Part shown: one piece after another, positions 23,390 through 32,739 of the stretch
How positions within the stretch are numbered: the stretch's first letter is position 1
Layout of the letters: each line of letters begins with the position of its first letter
Assembly (NCBI GenBank): GCA_963850905.1
Contig: CAWKMU010000003.1
Location: 1-64,000 of the forward strand
Length of the DNA stretch: 64,000 nucleotides
Direction of reading: 5' to 3'
Source: an uncultured Gemmatimonadales bacterium
GTDB lineage: Bacteria; Gemmatimonadota; Gemmatimonadetes; Gemmatimonadales; Gemmatimonadaceae
Notes under the pieces: generated by a model
Told to the model about the DNA's origin: nothing
The model's database searches: none
The model's input: the letters and a program-made list of their open reading frames with translations, nothing else
Translations under genes and position numbers: made by a program

Positions 23390-23612
23390 GACATGTAGTC
23401 CGCCCCTGGGATGAGAGTTCCATCACGGAGCGTGTTGACAACCTGACAACCACGCCCGGCAATCGTGACCATCTTTTGGCCGAGTTCGAGATCGGGACTG
23501 TCGGCGAACACTCGAGCGTAAATGCGACGACCCGCTCGGGCGTGCCGTCCATCGTCCCGCTCACTTCGACCCGGACGTTGGTCATTGCCGCGATGCGAGA
23601 GCGGGTTCCGCG
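23390..23612 (-). pseudogene. OsmC-family C-terminal fragment, paralog of 30512-30952
   Basis: MTNVRVEVSGTMDGTPER...VTIAGRGCQVVNTL, close to the intact copy; N-terminal part replaced by the SDR gene. Confidence 0.75.
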
Positions 23613-23615
23613 CAG

Positions 23616-24434
23616 TCAGAGTGCCGCGTGATCTTTCACCGCGACTTCGAGCGCCCGCTTGAGCCCGAGGAACCGCTCGTCGACGGCTTCCGGGTTGTCG
23701 CCGTTGAGCGCGATCAATTGCGCGCGGGCTCCCCCGCCTCGGATCACGTCGAATGCGTTCTTCTCAATGCCGTCCACGATTGCGTTTGCGACAGAGTCGG
23801 CCGGCTCCAGCGTGAAACCGAGCTCCGGTCCGGCCCGGTTCGACCTCATCATCGGCGTATCCGTGCCGCTGGGGTAGGCGGTCAACACGTGCACCCCTTC
23901 GCCCTTGAGCTCCCGGCGTAGCGCTTCGCCGAACCGAGCTAGGCCGGCTTTTGCGGCCGCATAGGTCGCGTAGAATGGCACGCCAACAAGGGCAATGCCG
24001 GACGAAACGTTCACGACCATCGCCTCCCCGCTCGCGCGCAGCGCCGGCAGGGCGGCGCGAGTCAGCAGAATGGGTGCGACCAGATCCACCTCCACCATTG
24101 CTTGCAAATCGGCTTCGGATGTGTTCTCGAGGCGTCCGGCCCTCACGCCGCCGGCGTTGTTGACGAGGATGTCGAGTCCCCCGAGCGCGCCGAGCGCCTG
24201 AGTGATCGTGGCGGCGCGGCCGTCGGGCTTCGCGACGTCGGCGGCGATGCCCCAGACGCGCGTATCATTGTGGTAGTCACTTTGCTGCAGGCTCCGGACG
24301 GCGTCCGCGAGCGCGTCGGCACGTCGGCCGGTGATCACGACGTTCGCGCCCTTCGCCAGGAGGGCGCGCGCGAGCGCCAGGCCGATGCCGCTCGACCCGC
24401 CGGTAATCAGGACACGCTTGCCGGTGATGTTCAT
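23616..24434 (-). CDS. SDR family oxidoreductase
   Basis: ITGGSSGIG, NNAG and YAAAK motifs. Confidence 0.93.
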   Translation of the reverse strand: MNITGKRVLITGGSSGIGLALARALLAKGANVVITGRRADALADAVRSLQQSDYHNDTRVWGIAADVAKPDGRAATITQALGALGGLDILVNNAGGVRAGRLENTSEADLQAMVEVDLVAPILLTRAALPALRASGEAMVVNVSSGIALVGVPFYATYAAAKAGLARFGEALRRELKGEGVHVLTAYPSGTDTPMMRSNRAGPELGFTLEPADSVANAIVDGIEKNAFDVIRGGGARAQLIALNGDNPEAVDERFLGLKRALEVAVKDHAAL

Positions 24435-24440
24435 ATCGGC

Positions 24441-25172
24441 TTAGACCGCGACGCGGCCGCCGTCGACGGGAACGACGGCACCGTTGACGTAACTGGCTCG
24501 GTCGGAGGCGAGGAAGAGAATCACCTCCGCGATCTCCTCCGGGCGCGCGGCGCGGCCGAGCGGGATGGTGGAGACGATGGCGGCAAAGCCGTCACCCATC
24601 GCCTCGGTGCCCGGCGTCGACGTCGGTCCGGGGGAGACGGCGTTGACTCGAACGCCGTTCGGCCCGTACTCGCCCGCCCACACCTTGGTCAGGAGCGCCG
24701 TCGCCGCTTTCGACGCCCCATATGCCGACAGACCGGGCATGCCGAACTCGGCGACCATCGTGGTGACGTTGACGATCGAGCCGCGACCACGAGCCGCCAT
24801 CCGGGGCGCAATCGCGGCCGTCAAATAGAACGGCGCCTTGACGTTCACCGCGAAGGTCTCGTCGAACGCGGACTCCGGCAACTCGTGCGTGGGACCGCCG
24901 GGGAAGATGCCGGCGTTGTTGACCAGGATGTCGACCTCGGACGCACGCGCCCCGAGCGCTCGTACGTCCTTGGCCGAGCTGAGATCGGCACGGATGAACT
25001 CCGCCTCGCCTCCCTCCGCCGTGATGGCTTCGACCACCTCGGCGCCGCGCGCCTCGCTGCGGCCGCTAATCAGCACCTGCGCGCCCTCACGGGCCAGCGC
25101 TGCCGCCGCCGCTCGCCCGATCCCGGACGTTCCGCCCGTGATGAGCGCTGTCCTTCCTGCTAGTTCGCCCAT
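24441..25172 (-). CDS. SDR family oxidoreductase
   Basis: ITGGTSGIG, NNAG, YGASK and VPVDGG motifs; start set at MGELAGR. Confidence 0.93.
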   Translation of the reverse strand: MGELAGRTALITGGTSGIGRAAAAALAREGAQVLISGRSEARGAEVVEAITAEGGEAEFIRADLSSAKDVRALGARASEVDILVNNAGIFPGGPTHELPESAFDETFAVNVKAPFYLTAAIAPRMAARGRGSIVNVTTMVAEFGMPGLSAYGASKAATALLTKVWAGEYGPNGVRVNAVSPGPTSTPGTEAMGDGFAAIVSTIPLGRAARPEEIAEVILFLASDRASYVNGAVVPVDGGRVAV

Positions 25173-25194
25173 GTTGATACCCCTCGATCGTGAT

Positions 25195-25245
25195 TGGACT
25201 GTGTAGTCCACAATATAGTCGGAGTACTGGACTGTCAAGTCCAGT
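25195..25245. promoter_or_regulatory. Two palindromic TetR-type operators between divergent genes
   Basis: TGGACT-GTGT-AGTCCA (25195-25210) and ACTGGACT-GTCA-AGTCCAGT (25226-25245). Confidence 0.75.
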
Positions 25246-25262
25246 GGCGCTAGCTTTTGCTC

Positions 25263-25913
25263 ATGCGCGAGCCGAAGGCGCCGGCGACCGACAGGGGACG
25301 GGCGACCCGGGAGAGGATCCTGCAAGCCGCCGCCGAGCTGGTGGCGGAGAAGGGCGCCGCCGGCATGAGCCTCGACGACGTCCGCGCGCGCACGGGCGCC
25401 AGCCGCAGCCAGCTGTACCACTACTTCGAGGATCGCGACGATCTCGTGCGGCAGGTCATCGACGTCACGACCAACGTGGTCATCGACGTCCAGGCCGACC
25501 TGTTCAAGCACCTCGACTCCTGGACCGGAATCGACCGGTGGTTCGACGCCCTCGTCGAGCTGCAGGTCGAGCGGCAAGCACGCGGCGGCTGCCCGATTGG
25601 CTCGCTCGTCGGCCAGCTCGCGGAACGGGACGCCGGCGCCCGGGCGGCAATCGCCGCCGGCTTCGATCGCTGGGAAACCCCTCTCCGCGATGGGCTTGTC
25701 CGGATGAAAGCGCTCGGAAGGCTACGTCACGACGCCGACCCGTCAGCGCTCGCCACTGCGACGATGGCCAGCATCCAGGGCGGCCTCCTACTCACCCAGG
25801 TGCGCCGCGACGCGTGCCAGCTCCGCATCGCCCTCGACGCAGCGCGCGCGAACCTCCGCCTCAGTGCCAGCACCCGACCGAACCGGAAAGGTGACACCAG
25901 AATGAACCTATGA
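25263..25913 (+). CDS. TetR/AcrR family regulator
   Basis: TRERILQAA...SLDDV...SRSQLYHYF HTH and GGCPIGSL. Confidence 0.92.
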   Translation: MREPKAPATDRGRATRERILQAAAELVAEKGAAGMSLDDVRARTGASRSQLYHYFEDRDDLVRQVIDVTTNVVIDVQADLFKHLDSWTGIDRWFDALVELQVERQARGGCPIGSLVGQLAERDAGARAAIAAGFDRWETPLRDGLVRMKALGRLRHDADPSALATATMASIQGGLLLTQVRRDACQLRIALDAARANLRLSASTRPNRKGDTRMNL

Positions 25914-26112
25914 TTCGGACTGCTCGCCTTCCTCGAAGCAAAGTCCGCAAGGGCGCGGACCTCGCTGGGCTCATCGTGCGTGGCCGCGAGCGCACCGTTC
26001 GATAAGCGAAGACCGTGACGCGGTACGCCTTCAGGCTCGGCCACGTACGCTCCTGAGCAGACGCTGGCACGGCCTTACCTTGCGTCCCAGCGAGGCGCCT
26101 CCGCGTGGAGTC

Positions 26113-26930
26113 TCAGCGGCGCATGGCCCGTTCGATCTCCACGCCTTCCCTCCGCGCGTCGGCCCATCGGAGCGGCAGGGTGCGGATCTCGCCACTCGTC
26201 CGCGCATGTACCAGGTGGTCGAGACACTCCATGATCACGCGCCGCTGCAGCACGCGGTGGAAGGGCACGCCGAAGTGATGTCCCATCATGAACGGCAGGA
26301 ACACTGAGCGTGGCGGCTTGGCGTGTTCGGTCACGTCTCGCGCTACGGTGGGCGAGACGGTGGGGATTCCTCGGCGTTCGACGGCGCGCTGCACGAGCGC
26401 GATGCTCTGAATGGCAGAATGGGTCAGGCGGGCGCGGCAAGGACAATGTCGGCGCCATCGGACCACACGGCGGCGGCGATATCCTGTGCGAGCGTCCGCT
26501 CCAACCGGTCCGGGTCCATGTTGTAGCCAATGAAGGAGTAGAAGGAATCCGTCAACCCGCCTATCACCCCTTCGGCCGCCAGCTCGCGAAGCCGCTCGAT
26601 GGGGAAGATGACGTTGAGGTCGCGGTCCGCGCCGGCCGTAGGGTACTTGAGCTGGTGAATCTCGAGGTCCTCGACACGTGAAGACAATGGCACACGACGG
26701 AAGGTGTAGTCGCCAACCGGATGGACCGTGTCGAAGGGGAGCGTCCCCGTTGGCTGCACGCCCGACGTGCTGATAAAGGTCAACCGGCACTCGGATAGCG
26801 GTTTTCGCAGGGGCGCGAGTGGCACGAGATCGACCGTGTCGATCATCGACCCGGGATACCGCTCGTTCACCGTTTCCCATAGGCCAGGGCGAAGCTGCCG
26901 GGTCTCATTGCCGTCAGACGTGTCCGTCAT
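26113..26930 (-). CDS. PrdB/GrdB-like (reductase selenoprotein B family) protein with predicted Sec at 26424-26426; apparent indels just after the UGA
   Basis: ISTSGVQ...D.NVIFPIERLRELAAEGVIG...DIVLAAPA-UGA, then QSIALVQRAVERRGIPTVS...PPRSVFLPFMMGHHFG in another frame; removing two T bases gives U-P-I-C-H-Q. Confidence 0.75.
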
Positions 26931-27205
26931 GGATCCACTCTCCCGAACGCTGCACGAAGTAGAAATGCAGGTGAAAGTACAAGTGAGCTAGCGTCTCGGG
27001 GCCGCGTGTCCCAATGGTTTCCAGGATGAATTCCCGGTCGGTGGCCGGCATATCGAGTAGCGGGATCGAGCGCCTGGATCCAGGCCTTGTCAATCTCCCT
27101 CCGGCCCCTGTCCTCGCTTCCGTCGCCGAAGTGCAGTCGCACATACCGAATGAGCTTATCGTGCTCCCCGGCCGCGAGCGCGTCCTTGAGATACTGGAGC
27201 GACAT
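26914..27205 (-). CDS. Small hypothetical protein, frameshifted near 27065
   Basis: MSLQYLKDAL...AWIQALD joined to PLLDMPATDREFIL...GEWIHDGHV; tightly packed in the operon. Confidence 0.55.
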
Positions 27206-27210
27206 TCGTG

Positions 27211-28165
27211 TCAGCCCTCCCCCGCCGGCCGCCCGCCAGTACGCCGAACGCGAAAGTCGAACAGCTCGGGCCGAGCATAATGGCCGGTCACATCCAGCGT
27301 CATGCTTTCCTCCCGAATGCGCGTCAGATCCAGTTCGGCCACGAGCACGCATGGCTCGTCGTACGCCGGCCCCGCGAGGTAGTCGCCATCGGGGCCGATG
27401 CATGGCACTCCCGCCGCGCAGTATCCACTGTTCCGGCCGCGCCACGCGCTCCGGATGCGCCTCTAACTCCGGCGGAAGCGACGACGCGCGCATCAGCGAC
27501 CCTGCTGCGAGCACGAAGCAGCGCCCTTCGAAGGCATACTGCCGGCTTGCCACCTGATGCATTTCGTGCGCAGTCGGCCAGACTGCGACGTGGATATCCT
27601 CGCCCGATTCGTGAAGTGTCTGGCGCACAAGGGGCATCCAGTGCTCCCAGCAGATCGAGCCTCCTACGCGGCCGGTCGGCGTGCTAACGGCACGCAGACC
27701 CTCGACGTCGCCGCTGCCCCATACCATCCGTTCGGTGTAGGTCGGCACGAGCTTGCGATGATGGTTGAGCAGGCGGCCGTCAGGTCCCAGCGTAAGGAGG
27801 CTGTTGTACAGGGTCCCGCGCCCAATCCCATGTTCCGTGCGCTCCGTGACGCCAATGACTACTGTGACCGCGGCCTGGCGAGTCATTTCAGCGATCATAT
27901 TGAGGGCGGCGCCTGGCACGCTGACGCTGTCCCGGGCCATCCGGGCGAACACCGCCTTGGTCGGCGGATGGTTCCACAGCGCGACATCGCGGCAGAGGTC
28001 GAGCCAAGCGGGATAGCCTGGGATCCACGTCTCGGGGAAGACGACGAGCGCCGCGCCCGCCTCCTGCGCGTCGCGGATGCCGGCGGCGGTCCGAACGAGG
28101 CAATCGTCGAGATCGACGCCGACCTCCGCCTGCACGACCGCGACTTTGACGCTCTCATTTCTCAT
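27211..28165 (-). CDS. Nitrilase (carbon-nitrogen hydrolase), frameshifted near 27400
   Basis: Catalytic triad contexts FPETWIPGYP, HRKLVPT and ICWEHWMPL; C-terminal DVTGHYARP. Confidence 0.9.
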
Positions 28166-28358
28166 CCGACCGAAACTAGAGGCTGGCAATGCCGCCGTCC
28201 ACGAACATCTCCGTCCCCGTGATGAACGACGGTGCGCGATTACCTGTTCGATCGACGTAGACCGCAGCCGCTGCCGGAGTTCCATCCATCCGTCGTCGGG
28301 AACGACTTGGCACCAAATGCGCTCTCGTTGGCGCGGGGGGGCGAGGGATCTCGACTCG

Positions 28359-28943
28359 CTAAGGCCGTCGCGTGCTCTTGGCCGACGACCTGGACGCCGT
28401 TGTCGGCCTCGCATGGTGGTCGAGACGAAGAGGCTCGATGAGTCGAGCAACAATTTCATCGACCGCTGCGTCGGCTTTCGCCTCGATTTCCGCTGGCGTC
28501 TGGTCCTGGATTGGATGCGGGACGTACACCCCATCGAAGTCTGGCCGTCCCAGCGCCGCCGCCTGCGCGCGGGCCGGCAAAGCGAATTCGTGCGTCGCGA
28601 CAGCGACGGCGGGGATGCCAATTGTTTCGAGCCGGATCGTGTCGTGCAAACTGCACGTTGTGCACGACCCTCAATCGGCTAACGCTTCGATCACCGCGTC
28701 GACAGTCCGGAGTTTCTCGAGGACCTGGGCCGGCGCGGGCTTGGTGTACGTCGGCTTGGTCTCGCGCACCACGCTCGCCACGCCGTGGTGCGCGAGCAAC
28801 AACTGCTCGACGCGATCGAGAAAGACACTGCCGCCCGGTTTGCTGATGTCGAGCAGCGCGACGGTCTTGCCGGCGAGTGTCGACAGCCGCGGCGCGCCCG
28901 CGGCCGTCGGTCTCAGTTCGTTGCATGGATTCACGAGAATCAT
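28359..28943 (-). CDS. UGSC-family selenoprotein (Sec at 28671-28673)
   Basis: In-frame read-through EALAD-UGA-GSCTTCSLHDTIRLETIGIPAVAVAT; ATGA overlap with the upstream gene; hairpin follows the UGA. Confidence 0.85.
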
Positions 28944-30469
28944 GGACATGGATAGGTCACCCGTTGGCTGCCTCGCGGGCCGCTGGCCCAGCCTCCAATC
29001 ACGGCCGAGAACTTTCCAGCCGTGCCACCCGCAACAATGATACCGATCGATTCCGGCGATCGGAATTTCTGGTAGCACCGTTCACCGCCGATCGTAACTT
29101 CTCGATACAGGTGCGTCTGACTCGAGCCTTCGCCATCCGGGTCCTCGTAAACGCGCATTGGAATGCCGGTGTTTTCGAACAGGAACTCGCGCGCATCTTG
29201 TTTTCGCAGACCGTCGCGATGGATCGTTCGCGCGTGCTCGAGCCCGATGATCACCAGCGCCTCGGGGCCCATGCACGCGCGATATGACCAGACCGTCGCC
29301 AACGCGTGCGAGATCGCCTTAAGCACACCGGCGGCGCTGCGCGCCACGTGCTCGCTCACTCCGTGTGGCGCTTCGCCGGCAAACAGGGTGACCGCGCTCT
29401 GACTGGATGGGAATCCGAGTTCGACGTGCAGCGGTTCCCACGGGCTTTCTTCCTCGTTCTCCGCGATGCAAAACGAGAATTTGCCTGGGTTCCCGAGCGT
29501 GGACATGTCAATCGCATCCGGGACCGCGCCACCGAGATTCCTGAGAATCAGCTGCAGCGCCCGGCCCAGCGTGCTGTTGGCGCGCGCGACGTTGCTGAAC
29601 ACGTTCTGGCCGCTCGCAAACCCAAGCCTCCCGCGCGCCGGCCCGTTCACGATGACGAGCGGCGCCGCGAAATGCGTGGTTGCCTGCACCCCGTGCGCGT
29701 TGAACCGCTCGTCGCATAGGGCGCGCACCAGCGGAAGCAGTACGTCCATCATTCCGGGCTCGCACCCCGCCATCACGGCGTTGGCCGCGATCTTCTCCAC
29801 GGTCGCTTCGCCATAGCACGGCGGAATCAAGCCAATGATCTCCGTCGGATCGCGCCCGCCGATCATGCGCTCCACCCGTTCCACCGTCGGCGGCACCACG
29901 GGCAAGGGATCGCCGAACTCCCGGGCACAGAATTCCCAGGGGTCTTGAGACGTCTCGATACGAGAGGCTCCCCTTCCTGCAGACGCATAGAGGTTCAGCG
30001 GGTCCGCAGCCAGGCCAGCATCGTGGTGCTCGAGGTGCCGGGAGGAGCAACCCGGTTTGCGATGGGGCAAACCGTCGTGCACATCGGCAACGGCGCGGAC
30101 GCCCATCGCCGCTGCGATGGCGTTCAGATCATCCTTGTCGAACCCGACCTGGGCGCGTTCGACGTGCCCATCACTGCCGACCAGATAGAACGCCGGAACC
30201 GACACGGGATCGTACGCCGTCGACAATCGCAAGCCCTCATCGACCTCAATCGGAAACGCCGCCGCTGTCTGCTCCTTGAACTGCTGCGTGAGCGCCAGCG
30301 AGTCCTGCGAGACTCCGACCACCCGTGCGTGTTGCTCAGCCAGCCGGTTGAGATACGGCACGGCGAGGCGGCAGGTTGGGCAGTCGGTCTCGAGAAAGAC
30401 CAGCAGCCACGGCTCAGCGCTGGTGGGCGCAGACCGGAACGGGGGCGCTTTCTGGCCGGCGGCGAGCAT
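28940..30469 (-). CDS. Peroxiredoxin/TlpA-like domain fused to the domain usually encoded beside UGSC proteins
   Basis: N-terminal DCPTC; C-terminal LPVVPPTVERVERM...ATVEKIAANAVMAGC...RANSTLGRAL...GNPGK...ENEEESPW. Confidence 0.75.
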   Translation of the reverse strand: MLAAGQKAPPFRSAPTSAEPWLLVFLETDCPTCRLAVPYLNRLAEQHARVVGVSQDSLALTQQFKEQTAAAFPIEVDEGLRLSTAYDPVSVPAFYLVGSDGHVERAQVGFDKDDLNAIAAAMGVRAVADVHDGLPHRKPGCSSRHLEHHDAGLAADPLNLYASAGRGASRIETSQDPWEFCAREFGDPLPVVPPTVERVERMIGGRDPTEIIGLIPPCYGEATVEKIAANAVMAGCEPGMMDVLLPLVRALCDERFNAHGVQATTHFAAPLVIVNGPARGRLGFASGQNVFSNVARANSTLGRALQLILRNLGGAVPDAIDMSTLGNPGKFSFCIAENEEESPWEPLHVELGFPSSQSAVTLFAGEAPHGVSEHVARSAAGVLKAISHALATVWSYRACMGPEALVIIGLEHARTIHRDGLRKQDAREFLFENTGIPMRVYEDPDGEGSSQTHLYREVTIGGERCYQKFRSPESIGIIVAGGTAGKFSAVIGGWASGPRGSQRVTYPCP

Positions 30470-30511
30470 GGGTCGGAAGCTAGAGGCACACCAGAGGCGT
30501 CGGTGCCATCG

Positions 30512-30952
30512 TCAGGTCGCGATCGCTCCTTCCTCCAGCTCGATCGGCGTGCCCGCATACGAAATCGTCACTGGCCCGGCCAGGCCCAGGGTGTTGACCA
30601 CCTGACACCCTCGCCCCGCGATCGTCACCAGCTTCCGCGCGAGCTCCACGTCCGGGCAATCGCCCGTGACGTCGAGTGTGAAAGCCGTGAATCGCTCCGG
30701 CGTCCCATCCATCGTACCGGTCACCGCCACGCGAACGTTCGTCATCGGCGCCTCGCGCCCACGAATGGCTGCCAGCAAGTGACTGGTGAAGCAGCCGCCG
30801 AGTGCCACGAGGAGATACTCACCCCCGGCGGGACCGCGATCGTTTCCGCCCTTCGCCAGGCCGCGGTCCACCAGCGCGGCATGCGTGCGCACGGTGGCTT
30901 TGGAAGTGACGTTGTCGAGGTGCTCGAGTGTCGCCTTGACAGTGTTGCTCAT
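30512..30952 (-). CDS. OsmC/Ohr family protein
   Basis: GGNDRGP...LLVALGGCF and a second Cys in GCQVVNTL. Confidence 0.85.
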   Translation of the reverse strand: MSNTVKATLEHLDNVTSKATVRTHAALVDRGLAKGGNDRGPAGGEYLLVALGGCFTSHLLAAIRGREAPMTNVRVAVTGTMDGTPERFTAFTLDVTGDCPDVELARKLVTIAGRGCQVVNTLGLAGPVTISYAGTPIELEEGAIAT

Positions 30953-31000
30953 GGATCTCTCCGGAGCTGAAGAATGTGGCTTGGGTCGAACGAGGACGCG

Positions 31001-31445
31001 TTAGTGGCGGGGCATGCCCGCCTCGTGCAGCGCGGAGAGAACGCGAAGGCGCAGTGCGGTCGCGTCGGTGTACGCGAGACGCAGGCTTTGAATTCGCTGG
31101 ATGAGCGTGCGCTCGAAGTGGGCATGCTCGTGCTAGAGCACCGATGGCATCGGGTCGAGATCGCCCTCGTCGCTCTCGACCATCAGATTCCGGTTCCGGC
31201 GCGAGCGAATGCAGGCGTTCCGGCAAATCGTAAAGAGCCACCGTCGCGCGTCGTTGCCAGGATTAAATGTCTCCCGGCATCGAAATGCGTTGAGAAAGGT
31301 TTCCTGCGCAAGGTCGTCGGCGTCCGCGTCGTGTCGCGTGAGCGAGAGCGCGAAGCGGGCCACATCCTCGAGCCACGGCAGCATGAGGTCCTCAAAACCG
31401 GTCCGCGCCGGCGCAGCAAGCTCTGCCGGGTCCGTCACGCCATCG
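31001..31445 (-). pseudogene. Deletion fusion of an ECF sigma N-half and an anti-sigma C-terminus
   Basis: DVARFALSLTRHDADADDLAQET...WLFTICRN (paralog of 21318-21917) stops at 31133 and is followed by EHAHFERTLIQRIQSLR...ALRLRVLSAL (paralog of 21038-21325). Confidence 0.75.
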
Positions 31446-31512
31446 TCCCCTCGAGTGGTGCGAGCAACACGGGCCAGATAGTCACGAGGACCCTAGTGAG
31501 TTCCATAGGGCG

Positions 31513-31881
31513 CTATGATCGTCCGGGCTTCTGGTCGGCGGCTGTGTAGTCCGTGATCAGCCAGACGAGGAAGATCAGCGCTCCCGCGCCAACGTAGAAA
31601 TCGCGCGCGAGGGTATCCTGGGTGAATCGCAAGATCCAGGGCAGCGCGACGAGTACGATCGACACGACGAGCTCGATCGCGCCGTGCAGGGGAAGCGGCA
31701 CCAGCTTCACCGCGCCGAGGGGAAACGCCGTCACCAAAGTCAGCAGCAGATGAATTCCGGCGAGCAGGTATGAGACGGTGGCCGGCAAGCCGGAAAGCCC
31801 GAGTAGCGCCGGCGCGAGCGCAAATGCGATGACAACGGCATAGTCCAAGATGCCGTGAATCGTGGGGCGAAGAACTCTCAT
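31513..31881 (-). CDS. SPW-repeat-like small membrane protein
   Basis: HGILDY...HGAIEL...LPWIL...LITDY; four hydrophobic segments. Confidence 0.7.
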   Translation of the reverse strand: MRVLRPTIHGILDYAVVIAFALAPALLGLSGLPATVSYLLAGIHLLLTLVTAFPLGAVKLVPLPLHGAIELVVSIVLVALPWILRFTQDTLARDFYVGAGALIFLVWLITDYTAADQKPGRS

Positions 31882-32128
31882 GTCTGGCTTCCACGTATCG
31901 GGAGGGCGTGAGCGCGGACCCAGGGTCGCGGCGGCGGCCAATACCTGACGCATGGGACCCGCGAAACAGCAAGCGTTCAACATAGTTCGGCGCGACGCAT
32001 TCAGTTCCACTGGCGCTGAAGCAGGTGGCCCAACCCTCGAGGAGCGTAAGGACGGAACTCGTCACCATTGTGGGGACTATGTGCGCCGAGGCATACAAGC
32101 CGCACCTCACAGACGGTCCGGAGACACC

Positions 32129-32635
32129 ATGGCAAGAGCGGGAAGCACGATTCTCGATTCAGGCGATCCGTTCCCAAAGCTGACATTCAAGCTCACGGAT
32201 GGGTCCGAGATCGAGACGCCCACCGGCCTCCGGCATCCGTGGAACGCGGTGCTATTCAATCGAGGCCATTGGTGCCCGTTCTGCATCGCACAGCTCAAGA
32301 GCTTTCAAGCCGGACTTGACAGGCTCGCGGCCGAGGGCATTGGGGTGCTTTCGGCCTCGGTCGACAGTCTCGAGAAGGCCAGGGAGACCCAGGCGAGCAC
32401 GGGCGCCACATTCCCGATCGCCTATGGCCTTCCGGTGAAGGAGACCGCCTCCGCTATCGGTGCATTCTATGATCCGACACCTGCCCACACGGCACCGTAT
32501 GTCCAGTCGACCGGATTTGTGTTGGGGCCAGAAGGAAGGATCGTCGTGTCGGTCTACAGTTCCGGGGCGATCGGGCGCCTGGTGTGGCAAGACGTGCTGG
32601 GTCTTGTGCGGTATGTCAAAAGCGCATCGAAGTAA
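32129..32635 (+). CDS. Peroxiredoxin-like (AhpC/TSA) protein
   Basis: GDPFP, FNRGHWCPFC and YSSGAIGRL motifs. Confidence 0.85.
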   Translation: MARAGSTILDSGDPFPKLTFKLTDGSEIETPTGLRHPWNAVLFNRGHWCPFCIAQLKSFQAGLDRLAAEGIGVLSASVDSLEKARETQASTGATFPIAYGLPVKETASAIGAFYDPTPAHTAPYVQSTGFVLGPEGRIVVSVYSSGAIGRLVWQDVLGLVRYVKSASK

Positions 32636-32739
32636 AGCGCACACGATCGACCCGACCGTAGCATCAACAGCATCCGGCAGCCGTTCGATGCCGAGTGTGA
32701 GCTGAGCCCACTGCCTGGTATCGCCGCTGGTCGCCGCCA

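Noticed and set aside
26927..28621. 564-aa ORF as a single nitrilase fusion protein
   Set aside because: It is a frameshift-driven chimera of shadow sequence, the nitrilase and the next small gene.
32129..32635. Third selenoprotein (peroxiredoxin-like)
   Set aside because: The motif is encoded as CPFC with TGC codons; there is no in-frame UGA.
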